From: Candidatus Latescibacterota bacterium
Lineage (GTDB): Bacteria > Latescibacterota > UBA2968
DNA: 64,000 nucleotides
Reading direction: 5' to 3'
Assembly (NCBI GenBank): GCA_965204745.1
Contig: OZ242010.1
Location: forward strand, 4,192,001-4,256,000
Below are positions 9,733 to 19,632 of the stretch, in pieces. The notes under the pieces were generated by a model, which worked only from the letters and a program-made list of their open reading frames with translations, had not been told where the DNA came from and ran no database searches. Positions within the stretch are counted from its first letter, which is position 1. The number at the start of each line of letters is the position of its first letter. Both the position numbers and the translations under genes were made by a program.

Positions 9733-10214
9733 CAATGCGAATTAAGCGTTGGATCCATCGCGTGCTTGTCCTTTCGCTACTCGGTGGATTCAATCCCTCT
9801 CGGTCCCGTCTCAATGGTCAACCAAGATCGAGACGTTTATTGGGACCTACCCCCCTAACCCCCCTTCCTGTGAGGAAGGGGGGAATGGCGAGAGGGTTTG
9901 TGAGGGATTTGCGCGAGAGGTTTTTGGGGTTCATGGCGTGATCCATTCGCTCAAAGCCATCAAAACAGCTAGGGATACAAACCTTCAAAAAGCCATGTGC
10001 TCCCCCTTTCCTTGTAGGAAAGGGGGCCGGGGGGATAGGTCTATGGCGGCAGGGGGAATAACATCTCTGCGTTGCGGGGAAGAACTGGAGGAGGGGCATC
10101 GTTTGTTTTTAGACACGTTCTAAGGGGCGATCCGATACTGGATGACTCGTTGAGGTCTTTGGGCGATTGGTCGAGGCTTGCTTCTTACTCGTTTTCTACT
10201 CTTAATTCGCATTG
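9733..10214 (+). mobile_element. MITE-like non-autonomous element, family A copy 1
   Basis: 14-bp TIR CAATGCGAATTAAG/CTTAATTCGCATTG; internal homology to 16157-16546 and 26071-26404. Confidence 0.7.
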
Positions 10215-10282
10215 TCAGTTGTCAGTTGTCAGTTGTCAGTCCCCACCCGACCACCCAACCTGAAGTGAGCCACACGAGGCGA

Positions 10283-10325
10283 TTAGCCACGAGCGGGGTA
10301 CAACTGGCGATAGCCCGTTCAAAGG
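10283..10325. repeat. ~50-bp dispersed repeat family C (CCTTTGAACTGGCTATCGCCAGTTGTACCCCGCTCGTG); other copies at ~36463-36515, ~50218-50368, ~56906-56950 and ~59238-59290
   Basis: Near-identical sequence at five intergenic sites, in both orientations. Confidence 0.8.
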
Positions 10326-10476
10326 GGCTTGCCTCTTGCCTCTTGCCTCTCACCTCTCACCTTTTTAGGCGATAGCCCGTTCAAAGGTGATCAGTGAGTG
10401 TAGGTCTTCTCCCGTCTTGCCTCTCACCTCTCACCTTTTTTTTAACTCCCATTACTCGCTCCTTTGAGACTCCATA

Positions 10477-12921
10477 ATGGCGCGTTCTTTTGCACACATC
10501 GTTCCTTTGGGCACGTCCTTGGGTACGTTCACCTATCGCATTCCCGACGACCTGCAATCCGACTTAAAAACGGGTTGTCGCGTGCTCATCCCCTTTGGGG
10601 AACGCTGGGTCACGGGCATTGTCGTCGGGTTTTGCGAAACGTGTGACCTCGCGCCCAATCAGATCAAGGCCATCGCCCAAATTCTCGATCCCTATCCCCT
10701 CATCACACCTGCGATGCTCGAGCTGTGTCAATGGGTGGCATCGTATTATTTGTGTAGCCTCTCCGAGGTGCTTTCCGCTGCGTTGCCCTCGGGCATTCAC
10801 TTGGATAGCGGGCAACATTTCGCCATTGATGAAGACTTTGACGCAGCGATCAGCGGCCTGCTTGCTCCGCGCCAGCGCGAGGTCGTGGCTATCCTGAACG
10901 ACCTCGGCTCCGCGTCGATGCGCCAACTGCAAAACCGATTGGGCAGAACCGGGGTGCAGTCTGCGGTGCATGGCCTGTTGCAGCGCGGGCTCGTGCGTGC
11001 GTTTCAAAAAATGTCCGCGCCAAAGGTGAGGCCCAAAACCCAACGCCTGGCCGAGCTCGTGCCCAGCGATCCGCGCTGGTTTGATCTGGAATTGCCCATT
11101 CTCGAAAAACGCGCGCCCCGCCAAGCGCAATGTATTCGCCGCCTGCGCGTAGCAGAGCAACCCCTGGCGGTCACGCAACTGGCCGCAGAGGGGATTTCCG
11201 CACGCGTGCTCAAAGAGTTGGTCAACCGCAACCTCATTCGCTTTGTGGACAGAGAAATCGTGCGCGACCCCTATATGCATGTCGATCTGCCCCCTCCCGA
11301 ACACGTCACGCCCACACCCCATCAAGCGCGGGCCATCGCGGCGATCAACGAGTGCATCGACCAAAGCGCATTTCGGGTTCACCTCTTGCGCGGCGTGACC
11401 GGCAGCGGCAAAACACTGGTCTATATTCGCGCTGTGGCCCATGCCCTCGCGGCGGGCAAAGGCGCGCTCGTTCTCGTTCCGGAAATCACGCTCACCCCGC
11501 AAACCGTGCGCCGGTTTCGCATCCACTTTGGGGATCGGGTCGCGGTCTTGCACAGCGCGTTGTCGCGCGGAGAACGCTACGACGCGTGGCGCGAGGTTCG
11601 CACGGGCAAACGCGCAGTCGTCATTGGCGCGCGCTCCGCCGTGTTTGCACCGGTCAAAAACCTGGGCCTCATCGTCATTGACGAAGAACACGACGCGTCC
11701 TACAAACAGGACGACCCTGCGCCGCGATACAATGCCCGCGATGTCGCCATCATGCGCGCCCGGTTGCAAAACCTACCCAGTGTGCTCGGATCGGCGACCC
11801 CGTCCTTGGAATCGCACCACAACGCGCAGACCGACAAATTCAGCGCGCTCACCCTGCCCGAGCGCGTGGATAGCCGCTCCTTGCCCCAGATCACCCTCGT
11901 GGATATGCGCTATGAGGGCGGCGGCTTGTTTTCCCGGCCGCTCCGGGAGAAAATGCGCGAGCGCGTCAAAAAGGGGCAGCGCGTCATCTTGTTGCAAAAC
12001 AGACGCGGGTACGCGCCCGCGGTTCAGTGCGCGGCGTGCGGGCAGAGCATCCAGTGCCACCACTGCCACGTCACCTTGACCTATCACGCGGCCCAACGCC
12101 TGATGCTGTGCCACTATTGCGGTTATGCCAAGCCCTTGCCCCGGGCGTGTCCGTCTTGCAACAGCGGCAATTTTTTGTTGCTCGGCGCGGGCACGCAGCG
12201 CGTTGAAGAAACCCTCAAGGCGCAATTTCCCGGGGTGCGCGTGTTGCGAATGGACGTGGATACGACGAGCCGCAAGGGCGCGCACGACCGCATCCTCGAG
12301 TGCTTTGCCCAAGGCGGCGCGGATATTTTGCTCGGCACGCAGATGATCGCCAAGGGACTCGATTTCCCCGGCGTGACCCTCGTCGGCGTCATCTCTGCGG
12401 ACACGGGCATTCACCTGCCGGATTTTCGCGCCAGCGAACGCACGTTTCAACTGCTCACGCAGGTCAGCGGTCGCGCAGGGCGCGGCGATATTCCGGGCGA
12501 GGTGGTCATTCAAACCTATATGCCCGACGGCGAGGCCGTGCAATGCGCGCAGCACCACGACTTCGAGACCTTTGCTCAACGCGAACTCCAAGCGCGCCAA
12601 AGCCTGGGGTATCCGCCCTTTGGGCGCATGGCCTTGTTGCTGTTCAAGGGCAAAGACCAACACGCGGTCGAGCACGCGGCCGGGCAGTGCGCCCACAGCC
12701 TGCGCGCCCATACCCCGCCCGAAGTCGAAATCATGGGCCCGGTACAAGCCCCCCTCTCGCGCATCCAAGGCACGTATCGCTGGCAGGTCTTGCTCAAATC
12801 CGATTCGCACAACCGCCTCAACACCGCGCTCCGCCATGCCGCTGTAAAATTCGGCCCCAACAAACGCGGCACCAGCGGCGTTCGCCTGGCGATCAACGTC
12901 GATCCGGTATCCATGTTATGA
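10477..12921 (+). CDS. priA: Primosomal protein N'
   Basis: Motifs GVTGSGKT, DEEHD, SATPS, two CxxC-pair Zn modules, GTQMIAKGLDFP, QVSGRAGR. Confidence 0.97.
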   Translation: MARSFAHIVPLGTSLGTFTYRIPDDLQSDLKTGCRVLIPFGERWVTGIVVGFCETCDLAPNQIKAIAQILDPYPLITPAMLELCQWVASYYLCSLSEVLSAALPSGIHLDSGQHFAIDEDFDAAISGLLAPRQREVVAILNDLGSASMRQLQNRLGRTGVQSAVHGLLQRGLVRAFQKMSAPKVRPKTQRLAELVPSDPRWFDLELPILEKRAPRQAQCIRRLRVAEQPLAVTQLAAEGISARVLKELVNRNLIRFVDREIVRDPYMHVDLPPPEHVTPTPHQARAIAAINECIDQSAFRVHLLRGVTGSGKTLVYIRAVAHALAAGKGALVLVPEITLTPQTVRRFRIHFGDRVAVLHSALSRGERYDAWREVRTGKRAVVIGARSAVFAPVKNLGLIVIDEEHDASYKQDDPAPRYNARDVAIMRARLQNLPSVLGSATPSLESHHNAQTDKFSALTLPERVDSRSLPQITLVDMRYEGGGLFSRPLREKMRERVKKGQRVILLQNRRGYAPAVQCAACGQSIQCHHCHVTLTYHAAQRLMLCHYCGYAKPLPRACPSCNSGNFLLLGAGTQRVEETLKAQFPGVRVLRMDVDTTSRKGAHDRILECFAQGGADILLGTQMIAKGLDFPGVTLVGVISADTGIHLPDFRASERTFQLLTQVSGRAGRGDIPGEVVIQTYMPDGEAVQCAQHHDFETFAQRELQARQSLGYPPFGRMALLLFKGKDQHAVEHAAGQCAHSLRAHTPPEVEIMGPVQAPLSRIQGTYRWQVLLKSDSHNRLNTALRHAAVKFGPNKRGTSGVRLAINVDPVSML

Positions 12922-13104
12922 AAAGCGAAAACCAACCACCGCTGACCACGGCTGAATCCGGGTATAGGAACGCACACGGCAGGGCAGGGGAACGGAGGGT
13001 AGCGGCGGGGATCGCACTTGGGCGGTGGCGGGGCGGTCTCACCTCTCCCGTCTTCCCTCTCACCGAAGGGAGTTGGGCGGGGAGCGGAGGAGATCGGAGA
13101 TACC

Positions 13105-13863
13105 ATGAGCCTTAAACGAGCACAGATCGCTGTTGAAACTGGGGATGTCGAAACCTTGAAGCGGCTGATAGCAGCTAATCCGGAACTGGTACATCTAACC
13201 ACTGCGGACAACCCCCGCACGCTTTTGCACACGCTTTGCGACTATCCCGGGCACAGGCCGCGTTCCCGCCTGACCGCGGAGATTTTGATTCGCGCTGGCG
13301 CAGATGTCGATGCGCGAGCCAAGTTTGAGGGCAAGACCGATCCCGGGGAGACGCCCTTGCACTGGGCGGCCAGCAGCGACGATGTGGACATGATCGAATT
13401 CCTGCTCGACAACGGCGCGAAAATCGACATAGATGGCGGTGTGATTGCCAATGGAACGCCGCTTTGGGAAGCCGTGGTCTTTTGCATGCCCAATGCCGCG
13501 GCGAGGCTGATCCAACGCGGGGCCACGTACAATTTGATGATCGCCGCAGGCGTTGGGCGGCTCGATCTCGTCGCGGAATTTTTCGACGCGCAGGGCGAGA
13601 TAACGGAGCGTGCGGGCACGTTGCCCGGCTGGTCAACGCCTCGACCTGCGCGAGACTGCATCGACAGCGCGTTTGGCATGGCGTGCCGCAATGGTCACTT
13701 GGAAACCGCCCAGTGGCTGTTGCAAAAGCACCCGGATATCAATCGCAAAAACCCCGTTGGCGAAACCCCGTTGGATCAAGCCGTAAGCCGAAAGCACGTG
13801 GCAGTGGCGGCCTGGCTGACATCTATCGGCGCGAAACAGCGCGAAGCAACCACGGATAGGTAA
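13105..13863 (+). CDS. Ankyrin-repeat protein
   Basis: GETPLHWAA, GTPLWEAV and GETPLDQAV repeats; GGAGA RBS before the ATG at 13105. Confidence 0.85.
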   Translation: MSLKRAQIAVETGDVETLKRLIAANPELVHLTTADNPRTLLHTLCDYPGHRPRSRLTAEILIRAGADVDARAKFEGKTDPGETPLHWAASSDDVDMIEFLLDNGAKIDIDGGVIANGTPLWEAVVFCMPNAAARLIQRGATYNLMIAAGVGRLDLVAEFFDAQGEITERAGTLPGWSTPRPARDCIDSAFGMACRNGHLETAQWLLQKHPDINRKNPVGETPLDQAVSRKHVAVAAWLTSIGAKQREATTDR

Positions 13864-14038
13864 TCGGCTAACCGGTCAGGAGTGGGGACGGGAACGCACG
13901 GGCGGCGGGGTGGTCGAGGATGGGCTCGCACATGGCGGGGCAGGGACGGGAAGGGGACGCACGGGCGGTGGGGTGGTCGAGGATGGGCTCGCACTTGGGC
14001 GGCTGAAGGGCGGGGCGGACTGACAAAGGAGAGAATCT

Positions 14039-14983
14039 ATGGCTCGCGTGGGACTCGTCGGACATGGTGATTTTCAAAAGCACGACACGCACGGAGCGCA
14101 TCCGGAGCGCGCGGAGCGGTTGCAGGCATTGCACGACCACTTGGATGCCACGGGCCTCGCGCAAGACCTCGTGGACCTTGCCCCGCGGCACGCGGCTATG
14201 TCATGGTTGGAAAAGGCGCACGCGCCCGAGTACATCGCCCATGTGAAAGCGCGATGCGCGCAGGGTGTTCCGTATATGGGGGATTTTGAGACCATGTTGT
14301 GTCCCCTGTCGTTTGACATTGCGCGCCTGGCCGTGGGCGCGACTTTTGAAGCGGTTGACGCGGTGATGGCCGGGCGCGTGGATACGGCTTTTTGCGCGGT
14401 GCGACCGCCCGGGCACCACGCCGAGCGCGATCGGGCCATGGGATTTTGCCTGTTTGGCAACGCGGTCATTGCCGCGCGATACGTCCAAGAAACCCATCGC
14501 ATTGCGCGCGTGGTCATTGTCGATTGGGACGTGCATCACGGCAATGGCACGCAACACATCTTGGAGGCCGACCCCTCGGTGTTTTTTTTTAGCATCCATC
14601 AATTCCCGCATTACCCCGGCACGGGCCGCACAGACGAAATCGGCATTGGCGAGGGCGAGGGGTTCACCTTGAACGCCCCCGTGCCCGCAGGCAGCGATGA
14701 CGACCTGTACTTGCGCGTGTTCGATGGCGTATTCTTGCCCGCGATGCACGCATTCCAACCGCAGTTCGTCATTGTCTCGGCCGGGTTTGACGCGCACCGG
14801 GCAGACCCGTTGTCCGGCACGCTGGTGACGGAATCCGGCTTTGCCGAGATGACCAAGCGCGTGTTGGCCGTTGCAAACGAACACGCACGCGGGCGGCTGA
14901 TCTCGGTCTTGGAAGGCGGCTACGACTTGGGCGGCCTGTCCCGCAGCGTCGCAGCACATCTCGGAGTGCTCATGGATGGATAA
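14039..14983 (+). CDS. Histone deacetylase family (class II-like) amidohydrolase
   Basis: Motifs HPE..ERL, RPPGHHA, GFCLF, DWDVHHGNGTQ, SAGFDAH..DPL, LEGGY. Confidence 0.93.
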   Translation: MARVGLVGHGDFQKHDTHGAHPERAERLQALHDHLDATGLAQDLVDLAPRHAAMSWLEKAHAPEYIAHVKARCAQGVPYMGDFETMLCPLSFDIARLAVGATFEAVDAVMAGRVDTAFCAVRPPGHHAERDRAMGFCLFGNAVIAARYVQETHRIARVVIVDWDVHHGNGTQHILEADPSVFFFSIHQFPHYPGTGRTDEIGIGEGEGFTLNAPVPAGSDDDLYLRVFDGVFLPAMHAFQPQFVIVSAGFDAHRADPLSGTLVTESGFAEMTKRVLAVANEHARGRLISVLEGGYDLGGLSRSVAAHLGVLMDG

Positions 14984-15881
14984 TTCAGCGAACAAAACTC
15001 TGGTCGCATTTCAAGGCGAGTACGGCGCGTTTAGCGAAATGGCGGCGCGTTCCTATTTTGGCGAGGATGTGCAGGTTGCGCCACAGCGCGATTTTGCGTC
15101 TCTATTTGCAGGGGTCGAACGCGGGGATTGCACGCACGGGATGGTGCCCATTGAAAATTCGTTGATGGGTAGCATTCACGAAAATTACGACCATCTGTCC
15201 GCGCACAATTTGCAGATTGTGGGCGAATTGAAATTGCGAATCGTTCACAACTTGATCGTGAATCCCGGGGTCGCGTTGGCGGATGTGCGCTCTGTTTATT
15301 CCCAAGCCCCTGCCCTGGCGCAATGTGCCGAGTTTCTCGCGTCGTTGCCGCGGGTCAAAGCGGTGATGGCGTCCGATACCGCGGGCGCGGTGAAGGCATT
15401 GAAGGCGTCGGGCGCGCGCGATGCCGCCGCGATTGCGAGTGCCCAAGCAGCCGTGGATTACGATCTGGAAATTCTACGTGCGGGCATCGAGGACGACCAT
15501 CAAAATTACACGCGGTTTTTGGTGGTGACAGCACGGGCGTTCGCGCCCGAAAAGCCGGCCATCACAGGCCCTGCAAAAACGTCGATTGTGTTTGCGATGA
15601 AAAACGTGCCGGGCGCGTTGTTCAAAAGTTTGAGCGTGTTTGCCTTGCGCGATCTCAATTTGCTCAAAATCGAATCCCGCCCCCTCGCGGGCAAGCCCTG
15701 GGAATACGCTTTTTCGCTGGATATCGAAGGCCACCTCGGACAAGAACCCTGCGCCCGCGCCATCGATCACCTGCGGGAAATCGCAACATTCGTCAAGGTG
15801 CTCGGCTCGTATCGACAAGGCGATGCGGTCGAAGGGGAAATCGTAAGACGCGAGATGAAAGGCGTAAGACGTGAGACGTAA
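14976..15881 (+). CDS. pheA: Prephenate dehydratase with ACT domain
   Basis: Motifs VAFQGE.GAFSE, PIENS, NYTRF, LLKIESRP, VLGSY. Confidence 0.93.
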   Translation: MDNSANKTLVAFQGEYGAFSEMAARSYFGEDVQVAPQRDFASLFAGVERGDCTHGMVPIENSLMGSIHENYDHLSAHNLQIVGELKLRIVHNLIVNPGVALADVRSVYSQAPALAQCAEFLASLPRVKAVMASDTAGAVKALKASGARDAAAIASAQAAVDYDLEILRAGIEDDHQNYTRFLVVTARAFAPEKPAITGPAKTSIVFAMKNVPGALFKSLSVFALRDLNLLKIESRPLAGKPWEYAFSLDIEGHLGQEPCARAIDHLREIATFVKVLGSYRQGDAVEGEIVRREMKGVRRET

Positions 15882-16042
15882 GACGTGAGACGGGAGACGT
15901 GAGACGTGAGAAGCCACCCAACCCCCTTCGCCTTTCATCCGCTTTCATCCGTGTTGCGTTTCGCTTTTCGCCTTTCACCTCTTGCCTCTCACCTCTCACC
16001 TTTTTGAGCATCGCCCCTACGAAGGGGGTTAGGTGGGGCGGA

Positions 16043-16159
16043 CTGACAACGGACAGTATTCAGTGGTCAGCCCCCACCTGACCCTACCGCCCAAGTAGTC
16101 AGTAGTCAGTCCCCGCCCGCGCCCCACCGCTATGTTCGTTAGAATTAGTCAACTGACAA
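16043..16159. repeat. 117-bp repeat family B; direct copy at 16600-16716 and inverted relative at ~52433-52548
   Basis: The two direct copies differ at one visible position. Confidence 0.85.
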
Positions 16160-16546
16160 TGCGAATTAAGAGTAGAAAGCGAGTAGGAAGCAAGCCGAGA
16201 CCAATCGCCCAAAGACATGGACGAGTCATCCATTACCGAATCGCCTTTTAGAACTCGTCGTAAAACAAACGATAGATGTTCTTCCCCTTCCTCGTAGGAC
16301 CTATCCCCCCGGCCCCCTTTCCTACAAGGAAAGGGGGAGCGCATGGCTTTTTGAAGGTTTGTCTCCCTGGCTGTTCTGATGGCTTTGAGCAAATAGATCA
16401 CGCCCTGGAAACCCAAACCCCTCGCACAACCTCTCGCCATTCCCCCCTTCCTCACAGGCACAGGCGTAGCCTACAACGAAGCGTAGCGAGTAACGGGGCC
16501 AGGGGGGTAGGTCCCAATAAATGGATGCAACGCTTTATTCGCATTG
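16157..16546 (-). mobile_element. MITE-like element, family A copy 2 (inverted)
   Basis: Same termini CAATGCGAAT..ATTCGCATTG and same internal sequence as copies 1 and 3. Confidence 0.7.
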
Positions 16547-16604
16547 ACCACTGACCACTGACCACTGACCACTGACCACTGACCACTGACCACTGACCAC
16601 TGAC
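16547..16604. repeat. Heptamer microsatellite (ACCACTG)~8; similar arrays at 16709-16766, ~15864-15910, 10212-10240, 50128-50158 and 52421-52455
   Basis: Directly visible 7-bp periodicity. Confidence 0.9.
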
Positions 16605-16769
16605 AACGGACAGTATTCAGTGGTCAGCCCCCACCTGACCCTACCGCCCAAGTAGTCAGTAGTCAGTCCCCGCCCGCTCCCCACCGCTATGTTCGTTAGA
16701 ATTAGTCAACTGACAACTGACAACTGACCACTGACCACTGACCACTGACAACTGACCACTGACAACGCC

Positions 16770-18269
16770 ATGAACCTTCACAACTATGACGCAGTGATCA
16801 TCGGAACGGGATTCGGCGGTAGCGCGTGCGCGTATGCGTTGGCCGTGGCCGGGATGAAGGTGTTGGTACTGGAACGCGGCGCGTGGGCACGGCGCGATGC
16901 CGGGGATTGGGACCCGCGTGCGGTGCTGATCGAAAAGAGCTATCGAGGGCCGTCGCCGATTTGCGTCAGGCAATACGAGGATCGGGGGTTTTCCGATGTG
17001 GTCGAGAACGAAGTGGTGGGCGGGATGTCCGTTTTTTATGGCGGGGCATCGCTCAGGTTGCGCGAGCGCGATTTGGAGGCGTGGCCCATTTCGTATTCGG
17101 ACTTGGCGCCGTATTACGACAGTGCGGAACGCCTGCTAGAAGTTCACGGCGAAGCGGGCGCAGATCCGTGCGAACCCCCGAGAGCGGGCGATTATGCGTA
17201 TCCACCCATCGCACTCACGCGGCCCGCACAGCGCGTTTGGGATGCCGGGCGCGCCTTGGGGCATCGGCCCTTTCGCATGCCGATGGCGATCAATTTTTCC
17301 AACCAGGCGCGCACGCTTTGTGTTCGGTGTTTGACCTGCGATGGATTTCCCTGCCGCATCGAGGCCAAAAACGATGTCGCGATGACCTTGCTCAACTTGG
17401 CACAGGAGGCCGGGGCCGAGGTCGTGACCGGCGTGCAGGTCGCACAGCTCGTTTGCAAGCGCGGGCGCGTGCAGGCGGTGGCGTGCGTGAATCGGCGGAC
17501 CAAAGCGGCGTTTGACGTGCCTGCTCCGGTTGCGGTTGTCGCCGCGGGCGCGTTGCAAAGTCCGGCGATTTTGTTGCGGTCGGGGCTGCGCCGATTTCCG
17601 CAGGGCGATTTGATCGGGCGTTTTTTGATGCGCCATTGCAATGCGGTTGTGGCAGGTGTGTTTCCCTTTCGCACCAATCCCGAGGGCACGTTTCACAAGC
17701 AGGTGTGCTTTTCCGATTTTTACGAGGCGTGCCGGGATTTGGACGGGCGCGCTGTCGGGGTGATTCAGGATATTTACACGCCGCCGTCCATTGCGTTGAA
17801 GCACCACGCGCCGTTTGGATTGAAGCATCTGACGGGACTGGCGGCTGGTCTGTTGCAAAATTTGTTGTGCATTGCCGAAGATGAGCCCCTGCCCGAAAAC
17901 CGCGTTACACTGGCCGATGAGAAGGATGCGTTTGGCATCCGGCGCGTGCGAGTCGCGCATCGCTATACGCCGCGGGATTGCGACCGCCGCGATTATCTCG
18001 TCGCAAAGGCCAAGGGGATTTTGCGCGCGGCGGGCGCGCTTTTTTTTTACGCGTACCGCATCGATACGTTTTCCCACGGCGTTGGGTCCGTGCGGATGGG
18101 CACTGACGCAACGACGAGTGTGTTAGACGCGAATTGCCAGTTCCGCGGGCTGGACAATTTGTTCGTAACCGACGGGAGCGCGTTCCCCACCTCGGGCGGC
18201 GTGAACCCGAGTTTGACTATCGCGGCAAATGCACTGCGGGTGGGGGATTGTATTTTGAAGAGCAGGTAA
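16770..18269 (+). CDS. GMC family FAD oxidoreductase
   Basis: Motifs IIGTGFGG, VLERG, VGGMSVFYGG, HGVGSVRMG, NLFVTDGSAFPTSGGVNPSLTI.ANA. Confidence 0.9.
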   Translation: MNLHNYDAVIIGTGFGGSACAYALAVAGMKVLVLERGAWARRDAGDWDPRAVLIEKSYRGPSPICVRQYEDRGFSDVVENEVVGGMSVFYGGASLRLRERDLEAWPISYSDLAPYYDSAERLLEVHGEAGADPCEPPRAGDYAYPPIALTRPAQRVWDAGRALGHRPFRMPMAINFSNQARTLCVRCLTCDGFPCRIEAKNDVAMTLLNLAQEAGAEVVTGVQVAQLVCKRGRVQAVACVNRRTKAAFDVPAPVAVVAAGALQSPAILLRSGLRRFPQGDLIGRFLMRHCNAVVAGVFPFRTNPEGTFHKQVCFSDFYEACRDLDGRAVGVIQDIYTPPSIALKHHAPFGLKHLTGLAAGLLQNLLCIAEDEPLPENRVTLADEKDAFGIRRVRVAHRYTPRDCDRRDYLVAKAKGILRAAGALFFYAYRIDTFSHGVGSVRMGTDATTSVLDANCQFRGLDNLFVTDGSAFPTSGGVNPSLTIAANALRVGDCILKSR

Positions 18270-18515
18270 AAAAGCCTCACCAGTGGCGTGACAATTTTAC
18301 GTGATGTAAAAAAATAAAAAGTGTCAGCAGTGCTGACACAAATTCAACCGAATGTCGCCGCAGTGCTCAAAGACGTTTATTTGTTGGCGTTTCTCGACTT
18401 ACCGACCGACCACTGCAAGCCAAATTGCAAGCGTTCTATTTGCAATGCGAAGCCGCAAAAGAACGCGGCAAATGAGCTTTGAAAAATATTCTGACGCTTT
18501 GCGAGAAAGATAGTC

Positions 18516-19478
18516 ATGGACGATTTGTCTTTTCAGAAACCGCGTATATGTATTCTCGGATGCGGGCGGATCGGCGCGCTTCATGCCCAGAATTTGCGGG
18601 GGAGGGCCGCGTTGTATTTTTGCAGTCGGTCGCGGGACAGCGCGCAGAAGTTTTATACCGCATTTCACGGGCACGGGATGTTTGGCGATCTGGATGCGGT
18701 CTTGGCGAGCGACATAGATGCGGTGGTGATCGCGTCGCCGCCGGATCAGCACGCGGATCAAGTGGTCGCGCTGTTGGCGGCGGGCAAGGCCGTGCTGGTC
18801 GAAAAACCGATGTGCGTTTCGCCAGAGGAACTCGCGGAGATCGAGGCGGCGTTGGCGCAGGTCGAATCGCCTTTGTTGATGGTCGCCGAGAATTATTATT
18901 ACAAACCCTCGCTGGCACGGCTCAAGCACCTGATTGCACGCGGTCACATCGGCGAGGTGCGGGCGGTGTCCGTGAAAAAACTCGCGATGCAACAGGCGCG
19001 GGGCTGGCGCAGTGCGTATGGCGCGCTGTTAGAGGGCGGGATTCATTTTGTCGCGCTGATTTCGGATTTGTTCGACGCCGCGCCCGAAGAGGTGGAGGCG
19101 ATTTTCCCCGGGTATTCCGGGCGCGGGGCAGAGCGCGAATCCGCGTTGCGGATGGTGTATGACAATGGCGCGTGTGGCGAGTTGCATTACTCATGGCAAA
19201 CGCGGAGTTTGACAAAAGGCGTTTTTCAGCATTCGCATATCGAAGGCACGCACGGGCGAATCGCTTTTGAGAGCAATGGCTTGTATATTTACCAACGCGG
19301 GTTTCGGATCGCGTTGCCGGGGCTGAAGGATTTGATGGGCTATCGCGCGATGACAGATGATTTTTTGGCCTGCTTGCACAACCGCACGCGCGATCCGTAT
19401 TCAAATTTTGCACGCGCAAAACGCGAGTTGGAGATCGTGTTTGAGGCGTATAGGGATTCAGTGGTCAGTGGTCAGTAG
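18516..19478 (+). CDS. Gfo/Idh/MocA oxidoreductase
   Basis: Motifs GCGRIG, VLVEKPM, GALLEGGIH. Confidence 0.88.
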   Translation: MDDLSFQKPRICILGCGRIGALHAQNLRGRAALYFCSRSRDSAQKFYTAFHGHGMFGDLDAVLASDIDAVVIASPPDQHADQVVALLAAGKAVLVEKPMCVSPEELAEIEAALAQVESPLLMVAENYYYKPSLARLKHLIARGHIGEVRAVSVKKLAMQQARGWRSAYGALLEGGIHFVALISDLFDAAPEEVEAIFPGYSGRGAERESALRMVYDNGACGELHYSWQTRSLTKGVFQHSHIEGTHGRIAFESNGLYIYQRGFRIALPGLKDLMGYRAMTDDFLACLHNRTRDPYSNFARAKRELEIVFEAYRDSVVSGQ

Positions 19479-19632
19479 GCAGCGGATGATGAAATTCGGG
19501 AAGGAGCGAGACGTGATCGAAGAATGGCGGAGACATGCCGGTGACGCCTATTGATTAGCAGTAAGCAGCAAAGGCCACGGGCGACGCCTATTCTAAAGTC
19601 GCCCAAATTTACTCTCTTATTGGAGGTATCTG

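Noticed and set aside
9711-10263. Short ORFs within MITE-like repeats (also 16099-16554, 26096-26402, 39883-40240)
   Set aside because: They are translations of non-coding repeats whose frames and lengths differ between copies.
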